Shown one piece after another: positions 30,257 to 40,155 of a stretch of 64,000 nucleotides of DNA. The position numbers were made by a program, and so were the translations under genes. The notes below the pieces were generated by a model. The model saw only the letters and a list, made by a program, of their open reading frames with translations, was not told the origin of the DNA and searched no databases. Origin of the DNA: Prevotellaceae bacterium (GTDB lineage Bacteria > Bacteroidota > Bacteroidia > Bacteroidales > Bacteroidaceae); contig JAQYDL010000033.1 in NCBI GenBank assembly GCA_028724165.1, positions 30,283 to 94,282 on the forward strand, in the 5' to 3' direction. Numbering within the stretch: position 1 is the stretch's first letter; each line of letters begins with the position of its first letter.

Positions 30257-31303
30257 TTATTTTTCTTTGTTTTCGTTTTTTTGTTTGTCCATTTCCCTTT
30301 TCATTTCGTTCACCTGTCTGAACATTTCGGGAAGATTGCGGAACACAGCCGCTGCCTTTGCAAAGCGTCGGGCATCTATTGCCGGCGAACCGAGAACAGT
30401 TTGTCCTTCTTTCAGTATTGGTCCGGCTATACCCGCCTGTGCTCCGGAATGTGTGCGCGATGCGATTTTGGCATGTCCCGTTATTCCTACCTGACCTCCG
30501 AACATGCACCATTCGCCTATCTTTGTAGAGCCTGCCACTCCCACTTGCGCCGACATCACAGTGTTTGCGCCTATTTCATCATTGTGAGCTATCTGCACAA
30601 GATTGTCGAGTTTTACGCCGTTGCCTATTTTGGTTGTTCCCATCATGGAACGGTCCACACACGTGTTTGCTCCAATTTCCACGTTGTCGCCTATTTCCAC
30701 GTTTCCTATCTGCGGAATCTTTTCGTAGCCGTCCGGTGTTGGTGCGAAACCGAATCCGTCGGCTCCTATGACGCATCCGGAATGGAGTATAACGCCCGAA
30801 CCTATTTTGCAATGGTGATAAACGGACACGTTGGGATATATTATGCAGTTGCTTCCTATCACGGAATGTTCTTCAATGGTTGCATTGGGATAAATCTGCG
30901 TTCCGTCGCCCACTACAACGCCATCGCCTACATAAGCCAACGGACCCACGTAAACGTCTTTGCCCAATTTGGCGGTTTCGCTCACATACGCGCGTTCGCT
31001 CACCCCTTTGCGTTTGGGTTTGCTCTGCTCGTAGAGATTCAGAAGTCTCGCCACCGATTCGCGAGGGTCTTTAACCTTTATCAGTGTGGCTTTAACCTCA
31101 CGCGCAGGTTCGAAATCCTCAGGCACAAGCACTATGCTCGCATCGGTTTCATAAACATAGTTCTCGTACTCTTTGGCATAAAAGAAAGTGAGTGCGCCGT
31201 TCTTTGCCGAATCAATGTTCGAAAACGTGTTAACACTTGCATTCTCGTTTCCCACAATGCTTCCGCCAAGAAATGCGGCTATTTGTCCGGCTGTAAATTC
31301 CAT
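30257..31303 (-). CDS. lpxD: UDP-3-O-acylglucosamine N-acyltransferase
   Basis: The start is at [14 protein letters not shown]. It has hexapeptide repeats. The C-terminal Lys/Glu tail [14 protein letters not shown] is unusual but in frame. Confidence 0.93.
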   Translation of the reverse strand: MEFTAGQIAAFLGGSIVGNENASVNTFSNIDSAKNGALTFFYAKEYENYVYETDASIVLVPEDFEPAREVKATLIKVKDPRESVARLLNLYEQSKPKRKGVSERAYVSETAKLGKDVYVGPLAYVGDGVVVGDGTQIYPNATIEEHSVIGSNCIIYPNVSVYHHCKIGSGVILHSGCVIGADGFGFAPTPDGYEKIPQIGNVEIGDNVEIGANTCVDRSMMGTTKIGNGVKLDNLVQIAHNDEIGANTVMSAQVGVAGSTKIGEWCMFGGQVGITGHAKIASRTHSGAQAGIAGPILKEGQTVLGSPAIDARRFAKAAAVFRNLPEMFRQVNEMKREMDKQKNENKEK

Positions 31304-31366
31304 TTCAGTTTTCAATTTGTCCGCCCGCACCCTGCACATGCAAGGATATAAAGCGCATTATTAATG

Positions 31367-31374
31367 CAAAAGTA
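31367..31374 (-). promoter_or_regulatory. -7 box TActTTTG for the lpxD operon
   Basis: The rc of caaaagta is TACTTTTG, 64 nt upstream of the ATG at 31303. Confidence 0.5.
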
Positions 31375-31565
31375 CAAAGCAAAAACCACATAAACAAAGT
31401 TAGCACGGTATTTTAATGTCGCACGGGCTTTGTCTGTCTTTCGGTCGGGGCTTAACAAACAGCGGCGAGGCTCATTTTCGGGAGCGGATGCCTCTGCCGC
31501 CTCCGGTTTTGCATTGCGCGGCTCAATAAAAAGCCGTGGCACGCATTCATTTCGCACATAATTCT

Positions 31566-31573
31566 TAATTTTG
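31566..31573 (+). promoter_or_regulatory. -7 box TAatTTTG upstream of the purF-like gene
   Basis: TAATTTTG lies 37 nt upstream of the ATG at 31610. Confidence 0.5.
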
Positions 31574-31609
31574 CGGATATTTACACTCGATACATAAGAA
31601 TCATAATTT

Positions 31610-33019
31610 ATGGGAGGATTTTTCGGAACAGTATCCATGTGTCCGTGCGTAAACGATTTGTTTTACGGCACAGACTATCACACTCATCTCGGCACGAGAC
31701 GCGCCGGAATGGCAACATTCACCAAGGAAGAGGGTTTCCAACGAAGCATACATAATCTCGAAAACGCTTATTTCCGCAGCAAGTTCGAAGACGAGCTTGA
31801 CAAATTCAAGGGAAACGCCGGCATAGGGATCATAAGCGACACAGATGCCCAGCCGATAGTCATAAACTCGCATCTCGGAAGATTTGCCATTGTTACTGTG
31901 GCTAAAATCACAAACATCGGCGAGCTGGAAAACGAGATGCTCGAAAACAAGCAGCACTTTGCCGAACTTTCCTCGGGCAAAACCAACCAGACAGAGCTTG
32001 TGGCTCTGCTCATTGTGCAGGGTAAAACCATTGTTGAGGGCATTGAGAACGTTTATCGCAAGGTGAAAGGTTCGTGCTCCCTTCTGATGCTCACCGACGA
32101 GGGCAAAATTATTGCCGCACGCGACAAACTGGGACGCACACCCATAGTGATTGGTAAAAAAGACGGTGCATACGCAGTGGCAAGCGAGACAACGGCTTTC
32201 CCCAACCTCGGATATTCGGAGGTAAGGAACATAGGACCGGGAGAAATCGTGAGCATTGACGCCGAAAACCTTGAGCAACTGCGCAAACCCAACGAAAAAA
32301 TGCAGATTTGCTCTTTTCTTTGGGTTTACTACGGTTTCCCCACTTCTTCATACGAGAACATCAATGTGGAGAAAGTGCGTTTCACCTGCGGAGAAACCAT
32401 GGGAAAAGAAGACAACACCGATGTGGACTGCGTATGCGGCATACCCGATTCGGGCGTGGGCATGGCATACGGATATGCTGCGGGAATGAAGAAACCATAT
32501 AAGAGAGCCATATCGAAATATACGCCCACATGGCCGCGAAGCTTCACTCCGAGCAATCAGACACGCCGCGAATTTGTGGCGAAAATGAAACTTATCCCCA
32601 ACGAAGCCATTTTGAAAGGCAAGAGCGTGCTTTTCTGCGACGACTCGATTGTTCGCGGCACACAGCTGCGCGACAATGTGAAAATGCTTTACGATTGCGG
32701 CATACGCGAAGCGCATGTCAGAATTTCATGCCCCCCGCTTGTTTACGGCTGCAACTATATAGGTTTCACTTCTTCACGCAGCGACCTCGAACTGATTACG
32801 CGCCGCATAATTCAGGAACAGGAAGGCGACATGAACAAAAACCTTGAGGCATACGCCACAACCGACTCGCCGGAGTACAAACGCATGGTGGAAATCATAA
32901 GAACAAAACTCGGGCTGACTTCACTGCGATTCAACACCGTGGAGAACCTCGTAAAAGCCATAGGGTTGCCCAAATGTCAGATATGCACCCACTGTTTCGA
33001 CGGTTCAAGCTATTTTTAA
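31610..33019 (+). CDS. purF: Amidophosphoribosyltransferase-like protein (PurF paralog lacking the N-terminal Cys)
   Basis: The PRPP-binding loop VLFCDDSIVRGTQL and overall PurF-like layout are present. The N-terminus is MGGFFG instead of the canonical MCG(I/V)(V/F)G. An in-frame stop 3 nt upstream of the ATG (31604-31606) excludes a longer N-terminus. Confidence 0.8.
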   Translation: MGGFFGTVSMCPCVNDLFYGTDYHTHLGTRRAGMATFTKEEGFQRSIHNLENAYFRSKFEDELDKFKGNAGIGIISDTDAQPIVINSHLGRFAIVTVAKITNIGELENEMLENKQHFAELSSGKTNQTELVALLIVQGKTIVEGIENVYRKVKGSCSLLMLTDEGKIIAARDKLGRTPIVIGKKDGAYAVASETTAFPNLGYSEVRNIGPGEIVSIDAENLEQLRKPNEKMQICSFLWVYYGFPTSSYENINVEKVRFTCGETMGKEDNTDVDCVCGIPDSGVGMAYGYAAGMKKPYKRAISKYTPTWPRSFTPSNQTRREFVAKMKLIPNEAILKGKSVLFCDDSIVRGTQLRDNVKMLYDCGIREAHVRISCPPLVYGCNYIGFTSSRSDLELITRRIIQEQEGDMNKNLEAYATTDSPEYKRMVEIIRTKLGLTSLRFNTVENLVKAIGLPKCQICTHCFDGSSYF

Positions 33020-33041
33020 GACAACGACACTGACTACATAC

Positions 33042-33082
33042 ACCGAAAGCCGGACTCCTGCGAGTCCGGCTTTCGGTTTTTA
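33042..33082 (+). terminator. purF-like gene terminator
   Basis: accgaaagccggactc-ctgc-gagtccggctttcggt followed by tttt. Confidence 0.85.
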
Positions 33083-33220
33083 TGCCCGCTAAAACCGCAC
33101 GCCACAAGCCGCATGACTCCCTGCGCAACGACAATGCTTTCGATAGGAAAACGCGAGATTTGTGCATTTTTTACAACATTCTGAAAATCACCTTTTTACA
33201 GCAAAACAGAAGACTTTTAT

Positions 33221-33340
33221 AAGTTCTTGTGTTTCAGACATTTGAAAAGGTCAAAAATATAAGGCACATATTTTAAAATAAGTGCCTTGTATTTTAAAAT
33301 ACATGGCTTGTATTTTTTGCGATAAGCCATGTGTTTTTTC
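33221..33340 (+). repeat. Composite palindromic intergenic element, copy 8
   Basis: Arm aagttcttgtgtttcagacatttgaaaaggtc, then aaaaatataaggcacatatttt / aaaataagtgccttgtatttt / aaaatacatggcttgtatttttt / gcgataagccatgtgtttttt. Confidence 0.9.
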
Positions 33341-33359
33341 GGCTAACGCCCGGGGCATG

Positions 33360-33394
33360 AAAAAAGTCCCGCATCATTTTGCTGACGCGGGACT
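33360..33394 (-). terminator. alaS terminator
   Basis: The minus strand reads agtcccgc-gtcagcaaaatgat-gcgggact followed by tttttt. Confidence 0.7.
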
Positions 33395-33420
33395 CGATTT
33401 ATACGGATTAAGAACTAATT

Positions 33421-36042
33421 TCAAATACCTGCCACTTCCAACGCTTTGTCAAGGGCAGCATTCAAACCGTCAAGGTTATGACCGCCCGCAGTAGCGAAAT
33501 GAGGCGCACCGCCACCGCCGCCCTGAATAAGTTTTGCGGCTTCACGTACAATCTTGCCCGCATTGAGGTCATGATCCTTGACAAGATTCTTGCTAATCAT
33601 GAGAGTGAGCATGGGTTTATCGTCTGCCATTGTGCCGAGTACGCAGAAAAGGTTCTCGGGCACCGCTGCAGAAATCTTGAATGCAAGATCCTTGGCAGCA
33701 TCCGGCTTAATGGGCAGAACACTCTTGACAACCGTTATGCCATCGCGGTTTTCGGCACGCTTGATAAGGGCATTCTTCAAATCTTCCACCTGTTTCTGAA
33801 CAAAACCATCTATGCGTTTGTGTAAATCACTATTCTCCTCCACTGTTTTCTTGATAACGGCGGTGAGGTCCTTGGCATTGTTGAAAAGAAGCTTCAAACC
33901 GTTGAGCAAATCCTCGGCTTTGTAAACAAGTTCTTCGGCAGTGGCACCGGTTACAGCCTCAATGCGCCTTACACCTGCGGCAACGGAACTTTCGGAAATG
34001 ATGTGGAACAAACCGATACGCCCGGTGCTCTTGGCATGACAACCTCCGCAGAACTCAACGCTCTTACCGAACTTCACAACTCTCACCTTGTCGCCGTATT
34101 TCTCGCCAAAGAGAGCAATTGCGCCTAACTTTTTAGCCTCCTCAATGGGTGTATCACGATATTCTTCAAACGGAATATCTTCGCGAACGGCAGCGTTGAC
34201 AATTCTTTCAACCTTACGCAGTTCTTCGGGCGTTACCTTTTGGAAATGCGAGAAGTCGAAACGCAAATAATCAGGTGTTACAAGCGAGCCTTTTTGTTCC
34301 ACATGGCTTCCGAGCACTGTGCGCAACGCAAAGTCCAACAAGTGGGTTGCAGTGTGGTTTGCCTCGCTGTCTCTGCGCCATTTCTTATCAACCACAGCCT
34401 TGAACGCAGCTTCGGGATGCTCCGGAAGTTTATTGGCAATGTGAAGCGCAAGATTGTTCTCACGTTTTGTATCTATGATGTCAATCGTTTCAAATTCGCT
34501 GACAAGTTTGCCGTGGTCGCCAACCTGTCCGCCCATTTCTGCATAGAACGGCGTGGTGTCGAGAACTATTTCGTAATGTTTCTTCTTCTTTTGCTCCACC
34601 ACACGATACCTCGTGATATGGCATTCGCTCTCTGTAGTGTCCCAGCCAACGAACTTCTCTTCGCCGCCATTCACTGTTATCCAGTCGCCAAGCTCAACCT
34701 GAGCTGCGTTTCGCGCACGTTCTTTCTGTTTTTGCATTTCGTCGGCAAAACCTTCCTCGTCTACCGTCATTCCGTTCTCTGAACAAATGAGTTCAGTGAG
34801 GTCTAACGGGAAGCCGAACGTATCGAAGAGCGTGAAAGCTTTGATTCCTTCGATTTGTGTCTTGCCTGCCGCACGGGTTTCGTTTATTATGTTGTCAAGA
34901 AGATTGATGCCGGTGGAAAGAGTACGGAGGAAAGAATCTTCTTCTTCCTTTATGACGCGACCCACAAGCACTTTCTGTGCACGAAGTTCGGGATAAGAAT
35001 CTCCCATTTCGTCTACGAGTGTGGGCAGGAGCTTATATATGAATGCTTCTTTCTGTTCGAGGAAAGTATATGCGTATCTTACGGCGCGGCGCAATATACG
35101 TCGTATCACATAACCGGCTTTTGCATTGTCGGGCAACTGTCCGTCGGCAATAGAGAAAGCAATGGCGCGAATATGATCTGCCACAACGCGCATAGCAACA
35201 TCGGTCTTTTCGTCAACGCCATATTTCTTGCCGCAAAGTTCCGAAATCTTCTTTATTATAGGTTGGAAAATGTCGGTGTCGTAATTGGAATCCTTTCCCT
35301 GAAGCACACGACAAAGACGCTCAAATCCCATGCCGGTGTCAATAACTCTGGCGGGCAGCGGCTCGAGTGAACCGTCGGCTTTACGATTATACTGCATGAA
35401 CACAAGATTCCAGATTTCTATGACCAGAGGATTGTCTTTGTTAACGAGCGAAGCACCGCTGACTTTTTTCTTCTCGTCTTCGGGACGAAGATCTATGTGA
35501 ATCTCCGAACAAGGTCCGCAAGGACCCGTATCACCCATTTCCCAAAAATTATCGTGTTTGTTACCATTAATAATATGGTCTTCGGGGAAAAACTCGCCCC
35601 AGTATCCCGCAGCTTCGTTGTCGCGTTCCAGACCTTCGGTTGGCGCACCTTCGAAAACGGTTACATACAAATCTTTTTTCTCAATCTTAAGAACGTCCAC
35701 AAGATATTCGTAAGCCCAGCCAATGGCTTCCTTCTTGAAATAATCACCAAAGCTCCAGTTGCCAAGCATCTCGAACATTGTGTGATGATAAGTGTCATGT
35801 CCCACCTCTTCAAGGTCGTTGTGCTTACCGCTTACGCGCAGGCATTTCTGCGAATCCGTGCAGCGGCGGCTCTTGGGCTTCACATTTCCCAAAATAATGT
35901 CCTTAAACTGATTCATGCCCGCGTTGGTGAACATAAGCGTGGGATCGTCCTTAACCACAATGGGAGCGGAAGGCACTATAAGATGTCCTTTTGATTGGAA
36001 AAACTGTTTGAAAGATTCCCTTATTTCGTTTGCTGTCATCAT
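33421..36042 (-). CDS. alaS: Alanine--tRNA ligase
   Basis: The start is at [20 protein letters not shown]. Motifs are [10 protein letters not shown] and [10 protein letters not shown], with the editing-domain HTATHLL and CGGCH. The ORF-track start at 36075 adds 11 unlikely residues. Confidence 0.97.
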   Translation of the reverse strand: MMTANEIRESFKQFFQSKGHLIVPSAPIVVKDDPTLMFTNAGMNQFKDIILGNVKPKSRRCTDSQKCLRVSGKHNDLEEVGHDTYHHTMFEMLGNWSFGDYFKKEAIGWAYEYLVDVLKIEKKDLYVTVFEGAPTEGLERDNEAAGYWGEFFPEDHIINGNKHDNFWEMGDTGPCGPCSEIHIDLRPEDEKKKVSGASLVNKDNPLVIEIWNLVFMQYNRKADGSLEPLPARVIDTGMGFERLCRVLQGKDSNYDTDIFQPIIKKISELCGKKYGVDEKTDVAMRVVADHIRAIAFSIADGQLPDNAKAGYVIRRILRRAVRYAYTFLEQKEAFIYKLLPTLVDEMGDSYPELRAQKVLVGRVIKEEEDSFLRTLSTGINLLDNIINETRAAGKTQIEGIKAFTLFDTFGFPLDLTELICSENGMTVDEEGFADEMQKQKERARNAAQVELGDWITVNGGEEKFVGWDTTESECHITRYRVVEQKKKKHYEIVLDTTPFYAEMGGQVGDHGKLVSEFETIDIIDTKRENNLALHIANKLPEHPEAAFKAVVDKKWRRDSEANHTATHLLDFALRTVLGSHVEQKGSLVTPDYLRFDFSHFQKVTPEELRKVERIVNAAVREDIPFEEYRDTPIEEAKKLGAIALFGEKYGDKVRVVKFGKSVEFCGGCHAKSTGRIGLFHIISESSVAAGVRRIEAVTGATAEELVYKAEDLLNGLKLLFNNAKDLTAVIKKTVEENSDLHKRIDGFVQKQVEDLKNALIKRAENRDGITVVKSVLPIKPDAAKDLAFKISAAVPENLFCVLGTMADDKPMLTLMISKNLVKDHDLNAGKIVREAAKLIQGGGGGAPHFATAGGHNLDGLNAALDKALEVAGI

Positions 36043-36072
36043 GACTCTATAAATTTCAAAGTAAAATCGTTG

Positions 36073-36080
36073 CAAAGTTA
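36073..36080 (-). promoter_or_regulatory. -7 box TAacTTTG for alaS
   Basis: The rc of caaagtta is TAACTTTG, 31 nt upstream of the ATG at 36042. Confidence 0.5.
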
Positions 36081-36092
36081 CGCCGTTTTATT

Positions 36093-36100
36093 TATTTTTG
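36093..36100 (+). promoter_or_regulatory. -7 box TAttTTTG for the MerR-family gene
   Basis: TATTTTTG lies 34 nt upstream of the ATG at 36134, back-to-back with the alaS promoter. Confidence 0.5.
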
Positions 36101-36133
36101 CAAGAACAAGCGAATTAAACTCATTTACAGCCC

Positions 36134-36481
36134 ATGCCTTTATCCGAGAACAAAGACTTGAAACTATACTACTCGATAAGCGAAGTAGCGAAAATGTTCA
36201 ACGTTTCCGAAACCCTCCTCAGGTTTTGGGAAAAACAGTTTCCGCAGATAAAGCCGCGAAAAAGCGGGCGAAACATCAGGCAATACAGTCGCGACGACAT
36301 TGAGCAGGTGCGCCTGATATACAACCTTGTGAAAGTTCGCGGGCTTAAACTCGCAGCCGCACGCGATGCGCTGAACAAGAATCACAGCGGCGAACAGCAG
36401 ACAACCGAGGTGATTGAAAAGCTTAAAAACATACGCATCGAGCTTGTAAACCTGAAGCACAGCCTTGACCAGTTTTTATAG
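36134..36481 (+). CDS. MerR family transcriptional regulator
   Basis: 115 aa with the HTH YSISEVAKMFNVSETLLRFWEKQF, followed by a coiled-coil C-terminus. Confidence 0.88.
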   Translation: MPLSENKDLKLYYSISEVAKMFNVSETLLRFWEKQFPQIKPRKSGRNIRQYSRDDIEQVRLIYNLVKVRGLKLAAARDALNKNHSGEQQTTEVIEKLKNIRIELVNLKHSLDQFL

Positions 36482-36888
36482 ACCGAACGCATAAAAACCG
36501 TGTCCGCACCGCGCACATTCGAACACACAACCCGATATCTTTCCACCGCAAGGCATTCCTTTGGGAGTACATGATACACGTTTCCATAAAAACGAAACGC
36601 GCAAGTTTATTAACACCTTTCTTTACGGGGCACACCTCACAAATCCCCAAACGTTCCGTTTATTAATTTCATTCAGTCTCTTTTCGCAATAAATTTTCGG
36701 GAACTTGCACCCCCTGCTCGCCTTTCCTTTGGGGAAACCTGGCACATACTACCAAACCAAACGGACTTGTACCCTGAGGCACGTCTTTTCTTATGGAGCT
36801 TGTTGCACATGTCCCGAAACGCAGATAACCAATAATCAATCATAAGCCATTTCTCATAAAACACAATGCAAACGCTCCTGCACATGTT

Positions 36889-36902
36889 GAACTTGCAAGT
36901 TC
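36889..36902. promoter_or_regulatory. Perfect 14-bp palindrome GAACTTGCAAGTTC, with a matching 12-nt half-site at 36698-36709
   Basis: gaacttgcaagttc is its own reverse complement. cgggaacttgca (36698-36709) is the inverted complement of tgcaagttcccg (36894-36905). Both lie in an 870-nt gene-free gap. Confidence 0.3.
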
Positions 36903-37170
36903 CCGTAGCACCTTACTAATGACACATACCCCATATTTCCCATGACGGATGTATTCTACATCAAACGGCAAGGTACTTAACTTGGGGGTACATCAACATG
37001 TTTAGGAACTTTCCTTTCGCATTTTTCCGCATACCGCATATAGCATAACACTTTTAAGAGACCTGTAAAAATGAGAGTATGTGAAGGCTAACAACGTGCC
37101 GTTTTCAGACACCGCTTCCCTCAAAAAATTCAACGCTTTCAAGACCTGTTTTTACAGACATGGGATGTAA

Positions 37171-37265
37171 GAAAAAACATAAGGCACATATTTTAAAATA
37201 CAAGGCACTTATTTTAAAATAAGTGCCTTGTATTTTTCGGCATTCCAACTGTCTGAAATCCAATA
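37171..37265 (-). repeat. Composite palindromic intergenic element, copy 9 (no fourth unit)
   Basis: gaaaaaacataaggcacatatttt / aaaatacaaggcacttatttt / aaaataagtgccttgtattttt, then arm cggcattccaactgtctgaaatcc. Confidence 0.88.
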
Positions 37266-37290
37266 TCGTTTTTCGGGCTTTATAAAACAA

Positions 37291-37323
37291 GTCTTCCCCG
37301 GGCAAAATATGCCCGGGGAAGAC
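37291..37323 (-). terminator. Terminator of the SusC/D operon (perfect 13-bp stem, potentially bidirectional)
   Basis: gtcttccccgggc-aaaatat-gcccggggaagac. On the minus strand it is followed by ttgtttta. Confidence 0.7.
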
Positions 37324-37352
37324 CTTATTTTGTAATGTTATTACAATCTCTA

Positions 37353-37901
37353 TTAGTTGGTTCCGGTTGATGCGCTCAAATATCCGGAAATCTTGAGATA
37401 ACCGTACTCGGTACCGTCAACCTTAACATAGTAAACTATGCTGTCGGTCTTGATGCTCTGACCACGATCTTTCTCAACGGTTGCAGCGTTTTTCAACACC
37501 TTACCGCCTACGATTGTAACGGGAGAGCCGTATTCATTCTCGCCTTCGTTTACGGAGAATGTCATGCCCTTAACGTTAACTTTCACCTTATGGCTGTAGT
37601 TGTTAACGCCGCCGAAGTTGCTTTCTCCCTGATCGTCAACCCACATCTCGTTGCCTTTGTTGGCAGCAGTGTTGTAGGTCATGAGATCACTGCCGAAAGC
37701 GCCTTGATCTTCCCAATTCCAATTGTCGATATTTGCAACATCGCCTTGCTCATCGCATGTAAAGACATCTACCACCCATGCGCCTGCCAACTTCTCAACC
37801 TTTGTGCCGCCGGCACTTGTGCTGCTGTCGCTGGGATCGCTGTCGCAAGAGGTGAAGCCCATTGTCAAAGCTGCTGCTATCAAAAAAAGATATTTCTTCA
37901 T
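37353..37901 (-). CDS. Small surface lipoprotein (BT2261-like, lipid-binding/lipocalin-like family)
   Basis: Lipobox GFTSCDSD. At 182 aa it is the last gene of the SusC/SusD operon. Confidence 0.75.
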   Translation of the reverse strand: MKKYLFLIAAALTMGFTSCDSDPSDSSTSAGGTKVEKLAGAWVVDVFTCDEQGDVANIDNWNWEDQGAFGSDLMTYNTAANKGNEMWVDDQGESNFGGVNNYSHKVKVNVKGMTFSVNEGENEYGSPVTIVGGKVLKNAATVEKDRGQSIKTDSIVYYVKVDGTEYGYLKISGYLSASTGTN

Positions 37902-37927
37902 GATTGAAATTCTGTTTTTAGTTTAAT

Positions 37928-38629
37928 TTATTTCGCCAACTCCATAACAAGGTGGTAATTGATAATAACGTCCATCTTAACCTTACCGGTTGCAGGATCG
38001 TAGCTACCCGTAACGCTTGTCATTTCAGAGTTCCAGGGGTCGGAGCTTGAAATACCTGTTATGCTGTTATCCTTGCCGAAAGCAAAGTAACCCTTGCAGG
38101 CATAAGCAGCACCGTAACCAACCGTAACAGCATAGAGACCTGCCCAATAGTCGCTGATAGAATACAAACCGGGAGCAAGCTGTGTGAGAGTTACAGAGTT
38201 TCCTATTACGGGATATCTGTCAAACAAAGACTGCGAACCGTCAGTGCTGGTAACTTTGTAAGTACCGCTGATGTTTGTAGTAACTTCAGGGTCATAAACA
38301 AGCACCTTGCGGGTAACAGAAGCGGAGAAACCGTCCTTGTTTACCGCAGAGTAGGTAACATTGTATATACCCATCTTGTTGGCATCAACATCTCCACTGA
38401 CAGTTACCTTGGAAGTTACATCTTCCGTACCTTCCGTAGCGGTATATCCCGGGTCGGTGTATGTGGAACCTTTTGCCACAAGATATGTATCGCCCTCTTT
38501 CAAATCAATGGAAACGTAATGTGTGACATACGCATCGTCTTTACCATCGTAATCGCAGGAGCTGAAGCCTACAAGCACGAATGCGGCAAGTGCGAACAAA
38601 CTTATAATTTTTTTCATTTTGAATGTCAT
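37928..38629 (-). CDS. Surface lipoprotein with an Ig-like (DUF5011/BT2262-like) domain
   Basis: Lipobox GFSSCDYD. The Ig-like signature is VTVSGDVDANKMGIYNVTYSAVNKDGFSASVTRKVLVYD. An alternative start at MKKII is at 38617. Confidence 0.78.
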   Translation of the reverse strand: MTFKMKKIISLFALAAFVLVGFSSCDYDGKDDAYVTHYVSIDLKEGDTYLVAKGSTYTDPGYTATEGTEDVTSKVTVSGDVDANKMGIYNVTYSAVNKDGFSASVTRKVLVYDPEVTTNISGTYKVTSTDGSQSLFDRYPVIGNSVTLTQLAPGLYSISDYWAGLYAVTVGYGAAYACKGYFAFGKDNSITGISSSDPWNSEMTSVTGSYDPATGKVKMDVIINYHLVMELAK

Positions 38630-38646
38630 ATTAACTGTTTCAAATA

Positions 38647-40137
38647 TTATTTATCCCAGAATACCGGAGTTGTAAGAGCAGGCTGTTCGGGAACATTTTC
38701 GTTGAGGTTCTTGCTCGAAGTTGAGTAGAACACGCGCAAAGGAACTGCCTTGCTGCCAAGGTCATCACGATAGGGATAGATAAGATCACCTGCAACATAC
38801 TTGGTATTGTCTGCCTCGAATTCCTTTCCGGTAAGACCCCAAGAAGGAACGTTGGTACGACGTTGCTCTGACCAAGCTTCCATGTGATCCATATAAAGGA
38901 GAGCTACCCATTTCTGCATGTAAACGAGCTTGAGCTTTGCATCGTTTCCGCTTTGAGCATCCCAAGATGTGCGGCTCTGTGCAAGGAATTCATCAGCACC
39001 GTCTATCTCACGAGTTTCGAAGTCTGCCTTAACACCTGCCTCGTATGCAGCCTTAGCTTTTGCTTCATCGTTGAAGTATTTGAGGTATACCTCAGAGAGC
39101 AAGAACTGCAACTCAGCCTGAGTAAAGAACTCAACAGCTTTTGTAGGATAATAGTTGAGGCAGCTGAACACACCGTTGTCCTTGTAAGTGTAACCGGTCT
39201 GCAGGTGTGTACCGGGAAGACGACCTGCATACTTACCTTCGTTGTCTCCTGTGGTTGCCTTTGTGAAAGTATAAGCAATACGCGGGTCATTGGTGATGCT
39301 CATGTAGCTTATGATAGGATAAGAACCTACGTGGTTGAGAGCAAGAGTACGTTTGTTGGATTCATACCAAGGATTATCCTTTGCTTTTTGATCTTGGAAA
39401 CCCGGCTGGTATTCAAAATTACCCGTAAAGAATTCATCTTTGCTGACAACATTCTTAAGTTTTGCTGTGTAGTCGGCAACATCTATTCCTGCCTGAATCA
39501 TGCGAAGGTACATGCGAACACGGAGAGCATTTGCAAAACCTTTCCACTGGTTAATGTCGCCACCGGCAATAAGATCTTTGCCGTCCATTGCTCTGTCTTC
39601 GGAATTGAGAGCAGCTTCCGCATCATCGAGTTCCTTAAGAATGCCGGCATAAACCGTTTCACCGTTGTCATACTTGGGTTTCTGAATGCTTGAACCCCTG
39701 TTTGCCTCGGTGTAAGGAGTTTCACCGGTAGCATCTACCATTATTTGCAAAGCATACGCGCGAAGAGCGGTTGCAGCAAAGAGATCATAGGTGTTTTTAG
39801 TCTTATTCTTTATTTCTTCGATGTCCTGAAGCGCACCGGCATAGATACTACTGTACCAACGGTCGGAAATATTGTCGTCTGACGTGAGTTGATACCAAGT
39901 ATATTTGTTATACTGGTTTCCGGTAGGAGCCTGCTCGTAATACTGAACGAAGAAACCGGCAGTATTATACATTGCATCGCCTGCCACAACAGCCACATAG
40001 TTTTGTGCAGCGGGCATGATAAGACTAACGCTTACCTTTTCGCCACTCGGGTTGTTAGGATCTTCGTTGATGTCAAGGCTGCCGCAACCCGTAAGTGTGG
40101 CAAGCCCTATTGCTGACAATAATAATATTTTTTTCAT
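38647..40137 (-). CDS. susD: SusD/RagB family nutrient-binding outer-membrane lipoprotein
   Basis: Lipobox LTGCGS. It is 496 aa, TPR-like and helical, and lies immediately downstream of susC. Confidence 0.92.
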   Translation of the reverse strand: MKKILLLSAIGLATLTGCGSLDINEDPNNPSGEKVSVSLIMPAAQNYVAVVAGDAMYNTAGFFVQYYEQAPTGNQYNKYTWYQLTSDDNISDRWYSSIYAGALQDIEEIKNKTKNTYDLFAATALRAYALQIMVDATGETPYTEANRGSSIQKPKYDNGETVYAGILKELDDAEAALNSEDRAMDGKDLIAGGDINQWKGFANALRVRMYLRMIQAGIDVADYTAKLKNVVSKDEFFTGNFEYQPGFQDQKAKDNPWYESNKRTLALNHVGSYPIISYMSITNDPRIAYTFTKATTGDNEGKYAGRLPGTHLQTGYTYKDNGVFSCLNYYPTKAVEFFTQAELQFLLSEVYLKYFNDEAKAKAAYEAGVKADFETREIDGADEFLAQSRTSWDAQSGNDAKLKLVYMQKWVALLYMDHMEAWSEQRRTNVPSWGLTGKEFEADNTKYVAGDLIYPYRDDLGSKAVPLRVFYSTSSKNLNENVPEQPALTTPVFWDK

Positions 40138-40155
40138 GCTTATCTGTTCTTATGT

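Noticed and set aside
36482-37170. A possible tRNA, tmRNA, SRP RNA or 6S RNA in the long gap. For example, gtgccaggtttccccaaaggaaaggcgagcaggg on the minus strand looked vaguely SRP-like, and gctaacaac looked tag-like.
   Set aside because: There is no GGAA-tetraloop or symmetric-loop SRP motif, no T-arm (GGTTCGAATCC-type) sequence, and no tmRNA tag ORF ending in ALAA. The similarity is too weak to call by eye.
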